Assembly: GCA_028023455.1 (NCBI GenBank)
Contig: JAQFVV010000006.1
Location: 18,662,001-18,726,000, forward strand
DNA: 64,000 nucleotides
DNA from: Epiperipatus broadwayi
Taxonomy: Eukaryota; Animalia; Onychophora
Reading direction: 5' to 3'
Shown here in pieces: positions 25,171 to 37,229 of this stretch. A model generated the notes under the pieces. The model worked only from the letters and a program-made list of their open reading frames with translations. It ran no database searches and was not told where the DNA came from. The translations under genes were made by a program, and so were the position numbers. Positions within the stretch are counted from its first letter, which is position 1, and every line of letters begins with the position of its first letter.

Positions 25171-25887
25171 CACTCTGAATTGAAATAGTAAAAATTTATA
25201 TTTTGATTGCAGTGCACGGTTTGCATATCAGCTTTGTTTTGCAAAGGCAGCTCACATGTAAATGCAAACCATGATTCAGTTTAATTTACTAATTATTTTG
25301 TATAATAAAATACATTCAATCTTTATTATTTTCAATAAAGATAAGAGCTAAGTGAGATGGGATTTTTTTTTCCAGGGAGGATTAATTTTGCCTGGATTTT
25401 TTTTTTTTTTTTTGATGGTCATTTGACCTTTGATACTTTTATATGCAAATGCATGTTTAGAGTAAATTTATATTTAGGCAAAATGTTTTATCGATTAATT
25501 CATTTTAAATTCTGACAAGTTTACTTGAAAAAATGTTTATAGTTAGTGGGTTAATGCGTGAATGAAGGTTCGCAAATATGTGAGATTTGTTAAAAATTAT
25601 TGTTTTTCTTTCTCTTAACAGCTATTGTGTGATGAAAACAAATTTCTCATTGAGAAAAATTCCAAATATTCATAGTTTTAAAGAAAAGAAGAATATATGA
25701 AAAACTTCCATTTTCAAATTGATTTTTGATGAATGCTAGAAAAATATTTGTTTTATTTTGTTAGAGTTCATTAATCGGCTTTTTAAATTGAACCATCGAA
25801 AGTTAAATGTGCTTTGCTTATTTTGAGTTATTGTACATTTTTATAAAACTACAATTATAAACTATTTAAAATAATACTCATACAGAA

Positions 25888-26019
25888 TTTAAATATAAAA
25901 TTTTTAATATTATTATTGTACCGAGCATACTTTCACCGCTTTCATGTCATAATCCTTGTCACTTAAAACGTTGAAAGTGTATGCAGTACAATAATATTAT
26001 TAAAAATTTTATATTTAAA
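25888..26019. repeat. ~130-bp hairpin
   Basis: TTTAAATATAAAATTTTTAAT...GCATACTTTCA pairs with TGAAAGTGTATGC...ATTAAAAATTTTATATTTAAA. Confidence 0.7.
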
Positions 26020-26769
26020 CTCAATGGAAACTTAATTACAAACTATTTATATATAAAATTACATTTGAAAACTATTTATTTTTACAGGAAAAGCTTTTGT
26101 GGCATTTAGAATTGCAAAGAATTTTTGATTTTTTACATTTGTAGTGACTTGAGTTACAATTGCCTTTGCAGTTACAATGTTGGAATCCTTGTCTAGCTAA
26201 ATTGGAATTCCTGTGAGCACACTTTCTTAAACTTATTTCCATTTCTGCAACTTTATTAATTGAAATAAAAGTTTCTTTGCAGACTAAATTTATTCCTTAC
26301 ATAGAATTTGTTTAAAATGCCATATTTTGATTGAGTAAATATAAGTTATTATTTGTAATTGACATTATAATTAATTCATTGTTATTGGTACATGAAAGTG
26401 CAAATGTTGGAGCAAAAGAATGCAAATTTTGCAATCAGGGAATGGGATAAAATTGCTGAAACTTACAAAGTATATTTTTACAGAAAGAATTAATACAAAT
26501 ATCAATCAAAGCTAATGAAAAAGTTGCGTCTTATGTCTGTTTTTAGTAACCCTAAAGATCCTTTTAGAAATTTTAAATGGATTATAGAGATGTAATTGTT
26601 GTTTTGTAATAAAAACTTTTGATTGAGTCACCTGGATCAGACTTATGAATATCTTTAAAAAGTTTGTTGGAAGGGGAGATTGTTAATTTAAAAGATGTAC
26701 ACATATATTGGATAAAGAATAAACATTATTTTGGAGAATAAAGAGACTGGAGGAATTGAATATAGAAAA

Positions 26770-27400
26770 AAGCATTAGACAGAAATGCTGTATATCTGTG
26801 TTATAATATTAATTTAGAAGCCATGATAAATAAAAAATTTGGATTGTGGGATTAGTGTTGAAGATAAAATAATAAGACGTATAAATTCTAGATGATATGT
26901 CTCTTGTGGCTGGTGATAAAAAGAATCTCCACTAAACATTAAATAGGTTGAAGTAAGGATATATTGATTATGGCATGAGAATTAATGTCTTATGAATAGG
27001 AAGAGTTTAAAAAAAAATAAAAGTGAAACTTGGAGTAAAGTATTTCAACAGGTTAATGGATTTAAATATTTGGAAAATTGAATGAATAAGGATGAAAGAA
27101 TTAAAAATGTTAAAGGAAAAATAGTTTTGGCAAAAGAGGTATTTATCAAGAAAAGGAAAATATTTTATGAATCTTTGGAGTGACTATTGAGAAAAAGATT
27201 AGTCAGGTACTATGTGCGTAATATGTTATTATATGAATATGAGACATTGATATTGAATATGGAAATTAGACATAGATTAGAAGCATCTGCGATGTAATTA
27301 GTTGAATGGATAAAGCAGTGAATGAGGAAGTTTTGTTGAGAGTGGATAAAAAGAAATTAATTTAAAAGATTTGACATAGAAAAAGAAACAGGATCAGACG
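26770..27400 (+). mobile_element. RTE-clade LINE, RT/C-terminal remnant
   Basis: Broken frames give DDMSLVA, GMRIN, VNGFKYL, KRLVRYYV, RLEA and NEEVLLRV, which is the order seen in the RTE RT C-terminus. Confidence 0.65.
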
Positions 27401-28105
27401 TGAATAATATTTCTGTAGTGCAACTTTCAATATACTACTCTCATTCAATGTAGGGACTGGTTTCTATCCACTTTTAACATCTATGGAAGGATATAATTAT
27501 AAGCATATAATGAAAGACATGTGGAAAAGATCTATGATCCCCAAGATGCATATTTCATGCTGACGCATCACTCATTAGGTGGCTCAGATCACAATCTCTC
27601 TTACACATATCTTTATCATTCAACATATAAAGATAGTAAACTACTACAGATTAATTGGTGTCAAACTTTCTGCCCTCACAACTTTAACACCAACTACTTA
27701 ATGGAAGTGTATTAATAATTTTTATTATTCGTTCATTAGATTAGGGATTATCCAATAATGAATAATATTTCTGTAGTTTAGTTGGTGTCAAAGTTGTGAG
27801 GACAGGAAGTTTGATACTTATCAAACTGTAGTAATTTGCTATTCGTGTATAGTGTACAATGATAAAGATATGAGTAAGAGATTGTGGTCTGGGCTAAACT
27901 GATGAATGCTGGTTCAGCATGAAATGTGCATCCTGGGGATCACTTGTCTTTGATCATACATTAATAATTACATCCCTCCACAAGGTACTAAAAGCAGATA
28001 GAAACTAGTCCCTTCCTTGCATGAGTGTGGTGTAGTGATTGTTACTCTAAAGAAATATTCATTATTGGATAATCTCTCGTCTAATGAATGACTAATAAAA
28101 ATTAT
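27400..28105. mobile_element. HHR family A' head-to-head foldback (two ~320-bp units)
   Basis: 27400-27705 is the reverse complement of 27780-28070. Each arm has an HHR related to family A, but the body is different. A further fragment lies at about 47880-47985. Confidence 0.75.
27880..27945 (+). ncRNA. Type-I hammerhead ribozyme, family A'
   Basis: CTGATGA(27899)-ATGCTG-GTT-CAGCAT-GAA-ATGTGCAT-C-CTGGGGATC. Stem II is perfect and stem III is self-complementary. The proximal part of stem I is mismatched. Confidence 0.65.
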
Positions 28106-31100
28106 TAGTGATAGGATCAGACATACATTGAGAAAAAAGTAAATGTTTTGGAGGAATTGTGAATGATGATAAAGGAAAGAGATAAAAAGAAACTAACCTT
28201 ATAGACTATAAAATGAGTTATGTGTAAGTAATGGCTTAAATGAAGGAATAGTTCACATACTTGTGTGATTGTTTTTTGAATTTGTCCATGGGACAGAACA
28301 TTTAAATAATAAAGGTGATAAATAGAGAGAGTAAATTTTAATTGTTTAGGATCAATTTTTGTTTTCATTTAATATTGCTCATATGAGATAATGATGATCA
28401 GAAGTAGGTAGGAAGTGATAGCAGAAATAATCAGGTTGTTAATTCATATGTCCAGGTAAAATCCATACTAATTAACCAGTATTTTAGTGATTTAATGGCA
28501 ATTAGCAAATACAAGAATAAGAATAAAAATATTTGCTATTCTTTTGTTAATGTGGTTAAGAATGATCGTTTGCATTATTCTGATTGGATGAAATGATATG
28601 GCATTGCGCAATGAACAGTTGAATCTTGCGTTAGATTTTAGTGCCTAAAGACAATAAATTAGCAAAAGTTTCTAATTGTGAAAGACCAATTTTTGATATA
28701 ATTTGATTGAATATGTGAAACTAAAAGTGATGGTTTTTTTTTACTTTTGTGGCTGAACGGTCATTTCAAAGCAAGGGTGATGCATGACAACTAAATAAGA
28801 GTTAACTGGAAGCATATTACATAATCAGACAAATCATTATTTACATTTTTTTCTATTCAATCTGAGTGCTTTTTCTCAAATGAGAAATGTTTGAATACTG
28901 TGGATGATGATTAATTTTATTCATTATTTAAGAAGAGCATATTGAGACTCATATTAGAAATAGCATGAGATTTATATAACATAATTTTTATGTTTATTAA
29001 ACCAAAATTTGTGGATTGGATGCATTGAAATAATATTGTCTTGGAAGATGATAGTGTTATATAGAAGTGTTTTAATTAAGAGATGAATTTTGGCTCTCAA
29101 AATATTCAGTCTACATTTATAGTATATGCTTTCAAAATAATGATGAATCAAAAGAATATTATAACAATTCCAATGTTTTTTTACTCCAGAGAAGTCACTC
29201 TAATTGATTGTGGAAATGTAAACAGTGATTTGTCTGAATATTTAATACGCTTTGATGTCAGGACCTCCACTTCAATAATGAATGGCTTTGATAAAAATTG
29301 TTCTGGAATATAAAGAATGCAGCAATAATTTGTTATGACTTATTTTTTAGCAACAATTCTTCAAATGTTATCACGTCTTTTTCAACATAAATATTGCTTT
29401 CAGATCACAGTTCATTATCCCAACTTAAATGAAAGCAGCTATCAATTTCAGAGCTTTCTATTTTGAAATATTACATTATATAAAACTTCAGTTAACAGAA
29501 ACATCAATTAAATTTTTTTAAGTCAAACAAATGTGAGCTACACTTTTTTTTATTAACTTTTTGGACTCCTATTTCTCACTACCTTCTTAGTATTAAATCG
29601 TCAAAATGTATTATTATAAATTTCAATCACCGTGCTACATGATGTCAAAAATTTTGAGCTAATAAAACCAGTATTTTTCTTTAGTATTACATTTTTCTTA
29701 TAGAAATACGAATTATATCCAATTCATGTTACCATGTATAATTAAATGTCTCAGAAAGCCATAAATGAGTCATTCTTTCATTTTATTTCTGTGCTAAAAC
29801 CAAATAGGATGGAATCAGATGATAGCTTTTCTCTCTCTTTTATGAAAATAACATTTTTATTTTTAAAATTATAGCAAAAACTAGTTTGTTTTTTGATGCG
29901 TAAAGCAGCTAAATATCAATTAAAAGAGACCTTTTATTTATCTTTCAAAAAAATAATAAATGTTTATTTAATAACGTTCACTATTAAATTTTGTTAAAAT
30001 ATATAAATCTCTTGATTAATTGTAAATGACATTAATTTTTTTTTTGTATAAAAGCAGTGTTAACAAGTTGATATTTATTTTATCACTTGTAGTACATCAT
30101 AAATCAGTTGAGAAGCTGTGTCTTGGCATAAAAAACATTGACAGGAATAGTTCTGGTTTGTGTTATTTTAACTTACAAGATTTGTCATTATGTAAAGCAC
30201 TTTTTTTTAGTACGCCAAACATGACATTTTTTAAATGTATAAATTTGATTTAAATTACTTTGTTTTATTTATGTCAGATGCAATTCATTACAGTAAATAA
30301 AACTGTATAACTCTAAAAAAAAATAACTAAATAACTTTACACACACACACACATATATTGCTTTTATGTTATTATTTTAATATAAATAGCAATAATATTT
30401 AAACACACTCTCTTAGCACTCAAACAATGCAGCGTGTTTATTAAATTCTTCAAGCAAGCTGACAGTTTTGACTATATAACAGCATTTCTCCAAGCTTTAA
30501 ATTAGCAATACAGATTATTATATGCATATAAATAAATCTCCATATACGCATATTCTCTATCAATTTTATTTTATTGGGTGAATGAAACTTTTTTTTTATC
30601 CACATATGTAGTACTATCATTATACATATTCATCTGCATTTTAATCATATTCTATTTTCATTTTTAAGATCTACTCCATTTTAAGTACATTGGTACAATA
30701 GCTTTTAAAAATTATCACGATACAGTCAAACTATAAATGGAGACATATAATGATGTAGTATATATGTGGAAAAGAAGTTTAATTCATGCAGTAAATAATA
30801 TTCATAAAGAAAATAAATGCACTGAGGTTTATAATGAGAGAGAGAAAAAAAGAGAGATTTATAAACAAATTTTTATTCTTTTAATAATTCTAACAAACCA
30901 ATGTCTAAATTATAATTGTCAAATATATAATATTAACACTATAAACAGGTTCAAAAACATTATCATGTTCTTTGGGAATCTGACTTGTGAAATGTCATAG
31001 TAACATTTTCAGACTGAGTTATTCCATGAGTAAGTTCATTTTATTACTTCTTAATTATGCCTAAACAACTTAATTTTAATTATGTGCTATTTTAAATGGA

Positions 31101-32109
31101 ACCAACTTTTTAAATATATATAATTTTATTTGTGTAGATGCATGCTTTTTATATATTTATATTATTTTCAAAATACTTCTATAATTATCTTTAGAGTGTC
31201 TTTTTATACCAACTAAATCTATACCTACACATATGCGCCATCTAGTGGCTCTAGGAATACAATGTTAGTTTCAGGTCCCCTATATTAGGTGGAATTAAAA
31301 AAGGATAACGAAGCTTCACTGTAATATTTTGAAGCTAAGCTGAGGGTAAACTAAGTGTTATTATCAAAATGAAGAAAACTTAGTTTTCTAACAGCAACAA
31401 GGGCTTAACTGACATCATTGTGAAAACAAAAATGGTAGAGAACGTATCAAATCAAGTGCAGAATAGAGGGGGAAATGCGAGTCAAGAAGACAGCAATATG
31501 GATAAACAACTGATGGAAGAAGAGAATCCAGTTAACAAAGAGAACACTTCAGGTGATTTGGACTATATGTCACCCAAAATATCACAAGGGAAAGAGAAAG
31601 CGAATGTCGTTGAAAGCTTCGAAAAGTTTAAAATTGAAAACGTTATCTAAAAAGTGAAACCGATTAATAAAAGTTTAAACAGAGCAAAATGTGATCATGT
31701 GATGCTTAAAAGTTTAAAATTGAAAACGTTATCTAAAAGCGAATCAGATTAATAAGAACAAATCTAAATTTGAAACTAATGAGAGAAGTAAGTCAAACAA
31801 ATTATTTAATGTTAATAACCAAGAATTTAAGTATGAAGAGGCATTACAATCAAATTATGAGGTAAATAACGTTATGCAAGAGGCCTATGATAATATATTG
31901 GATTTAATGGATGAGGAAGATGAAAAAATCTACTGTTTTAACGAAGTCACTTAATGAATAACTTTTAATAATGATTGAGAAATTTAAGGAATAAAAGCGA
32001 ACAATTCTTTTATCAAGATCATAACCACAGATAAATTCATTTGATAAACTGGAGGCTAGACACTCCAGCTAGAAATATTTTTGTAACAGTGATAGAGTTT
32101 TGTTGTAAT

Positions 32110-32495
32110 ATTTGAGGGCACAGGTCTGCACTCCTCATTTCTTTCGCAAGGGTTGATGATGGCGGTCGTTGGGGGTCTGGTTTGTGGGTGCAGGCTGTTG
32201 ACGATTATTGCCACTTCCGGAAAACCTGCCGGGAGGGTACAGGGTCAAAGTTTTCAGCGCCTTTCCTGCTCTGATGGGCTGCTGCATTCCCTTGATGGAT
32301 TGTTTTTGGGCAGTGCAAATCTGTGCTCGTCCATATATAGATACACATTGAGTAAGGTTATACAACCCTTTTGTGGATATGTTTTTTTATCGAGCGTATG
32401 TAATTTGTTTTTTACTTTGTAACATTAAACACTGTAATATTATGTAGCGGGTGATCAGTCACCTGTGTTTTTTTTTACCTTAATAAAAAAAAAAA
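32110..32495 (+). mobile_element. Probable 3' end of an L1/Tx1-like LINE
   Basis: GC-rich island followed by a T-rich UTR ending AATAAAAAAAAAAA at about 32481-32495. Family assignment is weak. Confidence 0.45.
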
Positions 32496-33504
32496 GAATG
32501 CTAAATATGTAGATTTTCCCTTTAAGTACCATTTCTGTATAGTTATTTTTTGATAACATTTTTTTTTTTTTCAAATTTTGTACTAATTCCAATTTTTACT
32601 GTTTATCCTGGACAGATTACTGCAATGATAAAAGTGATAGATTCAAGAATCAAAGTTTTACCTCTGGTTTTCTGGTGCTCCAACAGAGCACAAAGAGTCA
32701 TTCAATTACTGAGAAAATGTAATTAATTAGATTGAATTTTGTTTTATGTGTGTGTATACACGATCTTTGTTTTTGTTTTGTTTTATTGTGAATAAAAGGT
32801 CCAAATAGAAGGATGTAGAACCATTCTTTGCCATATTTTAATATTTACTTAAATTCTAGCAAAGCAATTTAATTTAAACATTGTAATGATGTTATCTCTT
32901 CTAGATAAGAGTTGATGACAACTCCAGCTTTGTTTTTTTTAATAGTGTCAGCCAAATCTTTCTTATTTCCATTACTTTTATTTGATGTCCTTAAATACTC
33001 TCTGTGGTTTAGTACAGTTATAGATTTACAAACTAGGAATCAATTGTAAACTGGATAAAAAAAAAAAAATCGCATAACTATTGTAATCAAATTTAATTCA
33101 TAATTATTTATTTTCTGTTGTTTTATGTTAAAATGGAATGGGTGGCCACAAAAAAAAAAAAAAACAATCCTTCACAAGATTATATCCATTGATATTCTTG
33201 CAATGTTCTTTATTGAATTATTTAATTCATTATTAATTAAGAAACACAAAACACAATTTTAAAAATGCAAATTGCTTTTTACCAAATACTTTTAACAAAA
33301 ATCATGGAGTTAAAAAGGTTTATTGCATGTATTTATTGGGATGGTACCAATTATTTTAATTTTTGTGATATAACCGAATTCAATTAATAACAATAATTTG
33401 GCAGGGTTTATTATTTGTATTTATCTAAGCTTACCTCTATAGAAAATCATATCAAAATTAAGATTTAAATACAAGTACCTTATCTATATTGAATTTAATC
33501 TAAT

Positions 33505-35645
33505 TAGAAGAGATTTGAACCCAGACTTTCAAGCTCCCTACAGCTATCGATTCCATCCTATATAATTGATACTCATGATGACATACATATGAAAAAAGAT
33601 AAACAATCTCCAATATACATAGCACTCATCAGTCGGTCCAGATCATCATCTCCCACACACATATATATAATCAGTGCTCAGTTTACATTAAGATAGCAAA
33701 TCTTCAAACTTTAATGAACAGAATTGGAGGATGGAGAAGACTGAAGCCTGACCAGTAAAGTTTGATGATTGGCTATTTTAATGTAAACTGAGCACTGATT
33801 ATATATGGGTGTGGGAAATGATCTAACCAATAAGTGAGTGCTGGTTCAACACAAAATACATATTATAACGATAATGGTTATTCGTACGGTTGATTAATTA
33901 TTTGTACCTTCAACTATATTTATTTCGATTATTTTATTCTACATTATACTTAATTTATTATACTTTAATTCTTTTTCCAACTTTGATTCTTTATCCATTT
34001 ATTGTTTTCAACTTAGATTCTTTATTATCTTATTCATTATTTTAACCAACGCCGTTACAATACAAGCAGAGAGCTAATACAGATACAAATTTAACTTCAT
34101 ATCTATACCCTTGACTGAACCCCAAGGCAATACGTACATATTATCTTGGCGTTATTTTTCCCAGCCAAGAACCCTCGGCTGCTGAACAGAGCTAACTATT
34201 TCAAAGAAACTTAGCGAATGTCCAGCGCTTGCTATTTATTTTTTTTAGAATTGGGATTTCGCACGAACAAGCAGCACATGAATATCTTAAACAAATCAGT
34301 ATGCCCCTTTAATCACTACTTACAGTTTCCCCCCTGTCGTAGCTTGGTGATAGAAGAATAAAGCAAGGATACGAAATTTAATGACAAATATGTTTAATAA
34401 TAATATTCATACTTTATATAAAAAATTACATTATAATAATAATAATAAACACACACTTATAAATACATGGCTATAATAAATATATGAAAATAGATCAGAT
34501 ATTAAAGTTCTTAAAGTCCTGTTGATAGAGTTCTATTTATAAAATCATTAATTTTATATTTAATTATGAATAGTAGACGAATGAAAATGCATGCATGCTT
34601 TTACCTAGGCTTTGTTGTAATTGTCCCATGGGTATTTCTTCCGAGCGCTCTTGATTAACTTCCTCAGTTTGTGGGGTTATTTTCATCCAGTTTGCTGGTT
34701 GATTCTTTAGGTTGAGTTTCAATTGACAGCTACAGAAGCGGCGGTCCCTCTAGCAGGTCAGGCAAAGATCTTACATTGTGAGTCAGTGATGAGACAGCTT
34801 GAATCCGAACCCACGTCCCTTTAACGCCACTAGCCACGCACTTCTTCCATTTTCTTTTAGCTGTTGCTTCTCTAAAGTCTCTACTAGCAATGCCAGACAA
34901 AAATTGTAATTTTATTAATCTCTTTCTTTGTTCATTGTTTTTAAAATTTTTAATTAAGACTTAGATTTCCAACCAATTCTTATTATTATGTTTCTTTATT
35001 TAATTAGTGGCTGGAATGTAAGTCCCAATTAATTTACAGATCAGGCAAAGATCTTCCATTGATAACATTTCTTTGTCCGTGGAATTTAATTTGTCCAACA
35101 GACTTTCACACCTACGGCCATATTGTTTTTTTTTATATATTACATATTACATTTATTTTATTTAAAGTTTACAATTCATTCATTTTTTTCACATTTCCGT
35201 TTTACATTTATTTTAATTTGTTATATTTTTTTTCTTAATGAGAGAGAAGACACGCATTTCTTTATGCTTCCTTTTCCCCTCTCCCACAATAAACAAAATA
35301 ACTTTCTAGCATTTGACTTACAAGAGAGAAAGAGACACATTTCTTTATTTATGCAGCCCCCCTCCTCTTCTCTTACTATTACAAAATCCACAGTAATTTT
35401 GACATTAGAATTTCAATTTTTCCTTTCCTTACTTTTTCTTTAAAAAAATTTATTAGCTAATTTATTTCACCTTTATTACTTTCTAATTTTATTAATAACT
35501 ATATATGTGTGTCGACGACTTTACGTTGTCGTCACAATATATTGGAGATTATTATTTCATACTTATGTCATCATGTATTTCAGTTGTATTGAATGGAATG
35601 GATAGCTATAGGGAGATTGAAAGTCTAAGTTCAAATCTCTTCTAA
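33505..35645. mobile_element. HHR family A head-to-head foldback, right arm interrupted by an LTR-like insertion
   Basis: Symmetric ends GAAGAGATTTGAAC...GTTCAAATCTCTTC, each flanked by (C)TAATTA. The left arm is 33505-33718. The right arm is 33757-33863 plus 35541-35645. Confidence 0.75.
33864..35536. mobile_element. LTR-like insertion (solo or composite LTR) with 4-bp TSD ATAT
   Basis: Termini TATAACGATAA / TTGTCGTCACA form an imperfect TG..CA inverted pair. ATAT occurs at 33860-33863 and 35537-35540. Removing the insert restores the family A HHR. An internal TGTCG...GACA block (34335-34899) may be nested. Confidence 0.6.
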
Positions 35646-35739
35646 TTACAAAATTAATGTTTATTATTTTAGAATGAATTAGACATTAATAATTCTTATG
35701 ATTAATGCCATTTATCATAAGGAAATAATCATAAATATA

Positions 35740-36762
35740 CACCTGGGTCTGTTTTTACGTGGACTTATTTAGCACGATTTTGAAATTCACCGGAAGTCGA
35801 AGTCCGATAATGCGCTATTACTTTAAATAATAAATTTCGCGCACTTACGTTATATTGAAAGTACTGTAATAGCACATAATTGGAATTTGACTTTCATCTT
35901 AGTAATTTCAATATTTTCAGTGCTTTATAATAGTAAGATATTATGCAATAATGAAATTAAAATCATGATTTCCACATTTTATGTATACACACATTAAATT
36001 TTACAAAATTATAATGTAAATTTGTTCAAACATTGTGCATGTTAATTTTGTATTTTAAATCACATTCTGTTTTTGCTTTTTAAAAAAGAACGTAATCAAT
36101 TATTAATCATTTAGTGTTTAGCAAGTTTATTTTTAAAAGGTCAGTAATAGCAGTGGAACGAAATTTGATTTTTAAACGGAATTGAAAATTAAAAAATTAA
36201 AGACAAAAATAATAATTTTTAGTTGTTAGTTTTAATTAAATTTTTCCCAGCAGAGGTGAATAAATGTCTTTTTATTATCGTAAGTCTAAGTTCATAAACA
36301 ATTAATAAAATCACCGTCTCAAAGATTAATTACATTGTCACCAGAAATCCATTGACTCAACATGAGTGTGAAGTTAGTGCTAGTTGTATTTTCTCAGTTT
36401 GCAAACGAATGTGTTTTTCAGCAAATATCGATAATAATTAAAACCTGTATAAAAAAAATGTAAATTATGCATAAAAATATATTATTTTGAATAAAATTAA
36501 ATATTATAGTTTAAAAAAGTTTGTCTTGTATCAATTTTTTTCAAATTTGAAATTTTTTATTAGTCATATTTTATTTCCTTATTTTTTTTTTTGCGTGAAT
36601 TTTAAAGTAATTTTATGTTGGTGCTTTGCTTTTATGCGAATTTTGAAAAATCACAGACCGCATCCCCCCCTTTTTCAATGTAAGTTACGTCTATTTTTGC
36701 ACGATTTCATTTGCGCGTGTTTTCTGAGGAACGTATCTATCGCGTAAAACGAGACCCAGGTG
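35740..36762. mobile_element. Non-autonomous TIR element (TA-flanked MITE), copy 2
   Basis: CACCTGGGTCTGTTTTTACG...CGCGTAAAACGAGACCCAGGTG with TA both sides. Colinear with 8798-9928. Confidence 0.9.
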
Positions 36763-37191
36763 TATAAATAATTTTACTACTATAAGTGAACACATTTTAA
36801 GTTCATTATTTAAGTAAGACATAAGATGTTATATAATAGCCTAATGCTAAACTGTGAATTATGATATCTTTTATAGGACCAATTTCAAGGATAAGGATCA
36901 TCATTAGCTATGCTAAGCCTCAATATTTTTAACCACAATGAATTTTATTTATATTCAGCAGATTGTATTTAAAAATCTGATGTATAAAACTCACATAATA
37001 ATATATTCTTTATGGTTAACGAGATCACTTATAATTATATTCTGGATTTTATAACTCTTGCTATTATATTTTGAAGTATTAAAATTTCCTTCCACTTTTC
37101 CATCTTATTTGCATTGGTGAATTATATATAATATACCATATACACCTTTACACTCTATAATGCACTTTAACATATTATTTTATCTTTTCTT

Positions 37192-37229
37192 GCCTACAGT
37201 TTCAACTGTACAGCAGTCATCATCAGAGC
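37192..37229 (-). ncRNA. Minimal type-I hammerhead ribozyme, family D
   Basis: Reverse complement: GCT-CTGATGA-T-GACTG-CTGTA-CAGTT-GAA-ACTGT-A-GGC. The core is intact, there is one extra base after A9, stem II is 5 bp, stem III is vestigial and stem I is 3 bp. Confidence 0.7.

Noticed and set aside
28550-29260. Possible Tc1-like transposase relic
   Set aside because: Motif resemblance is too weak and no TIRs were found.
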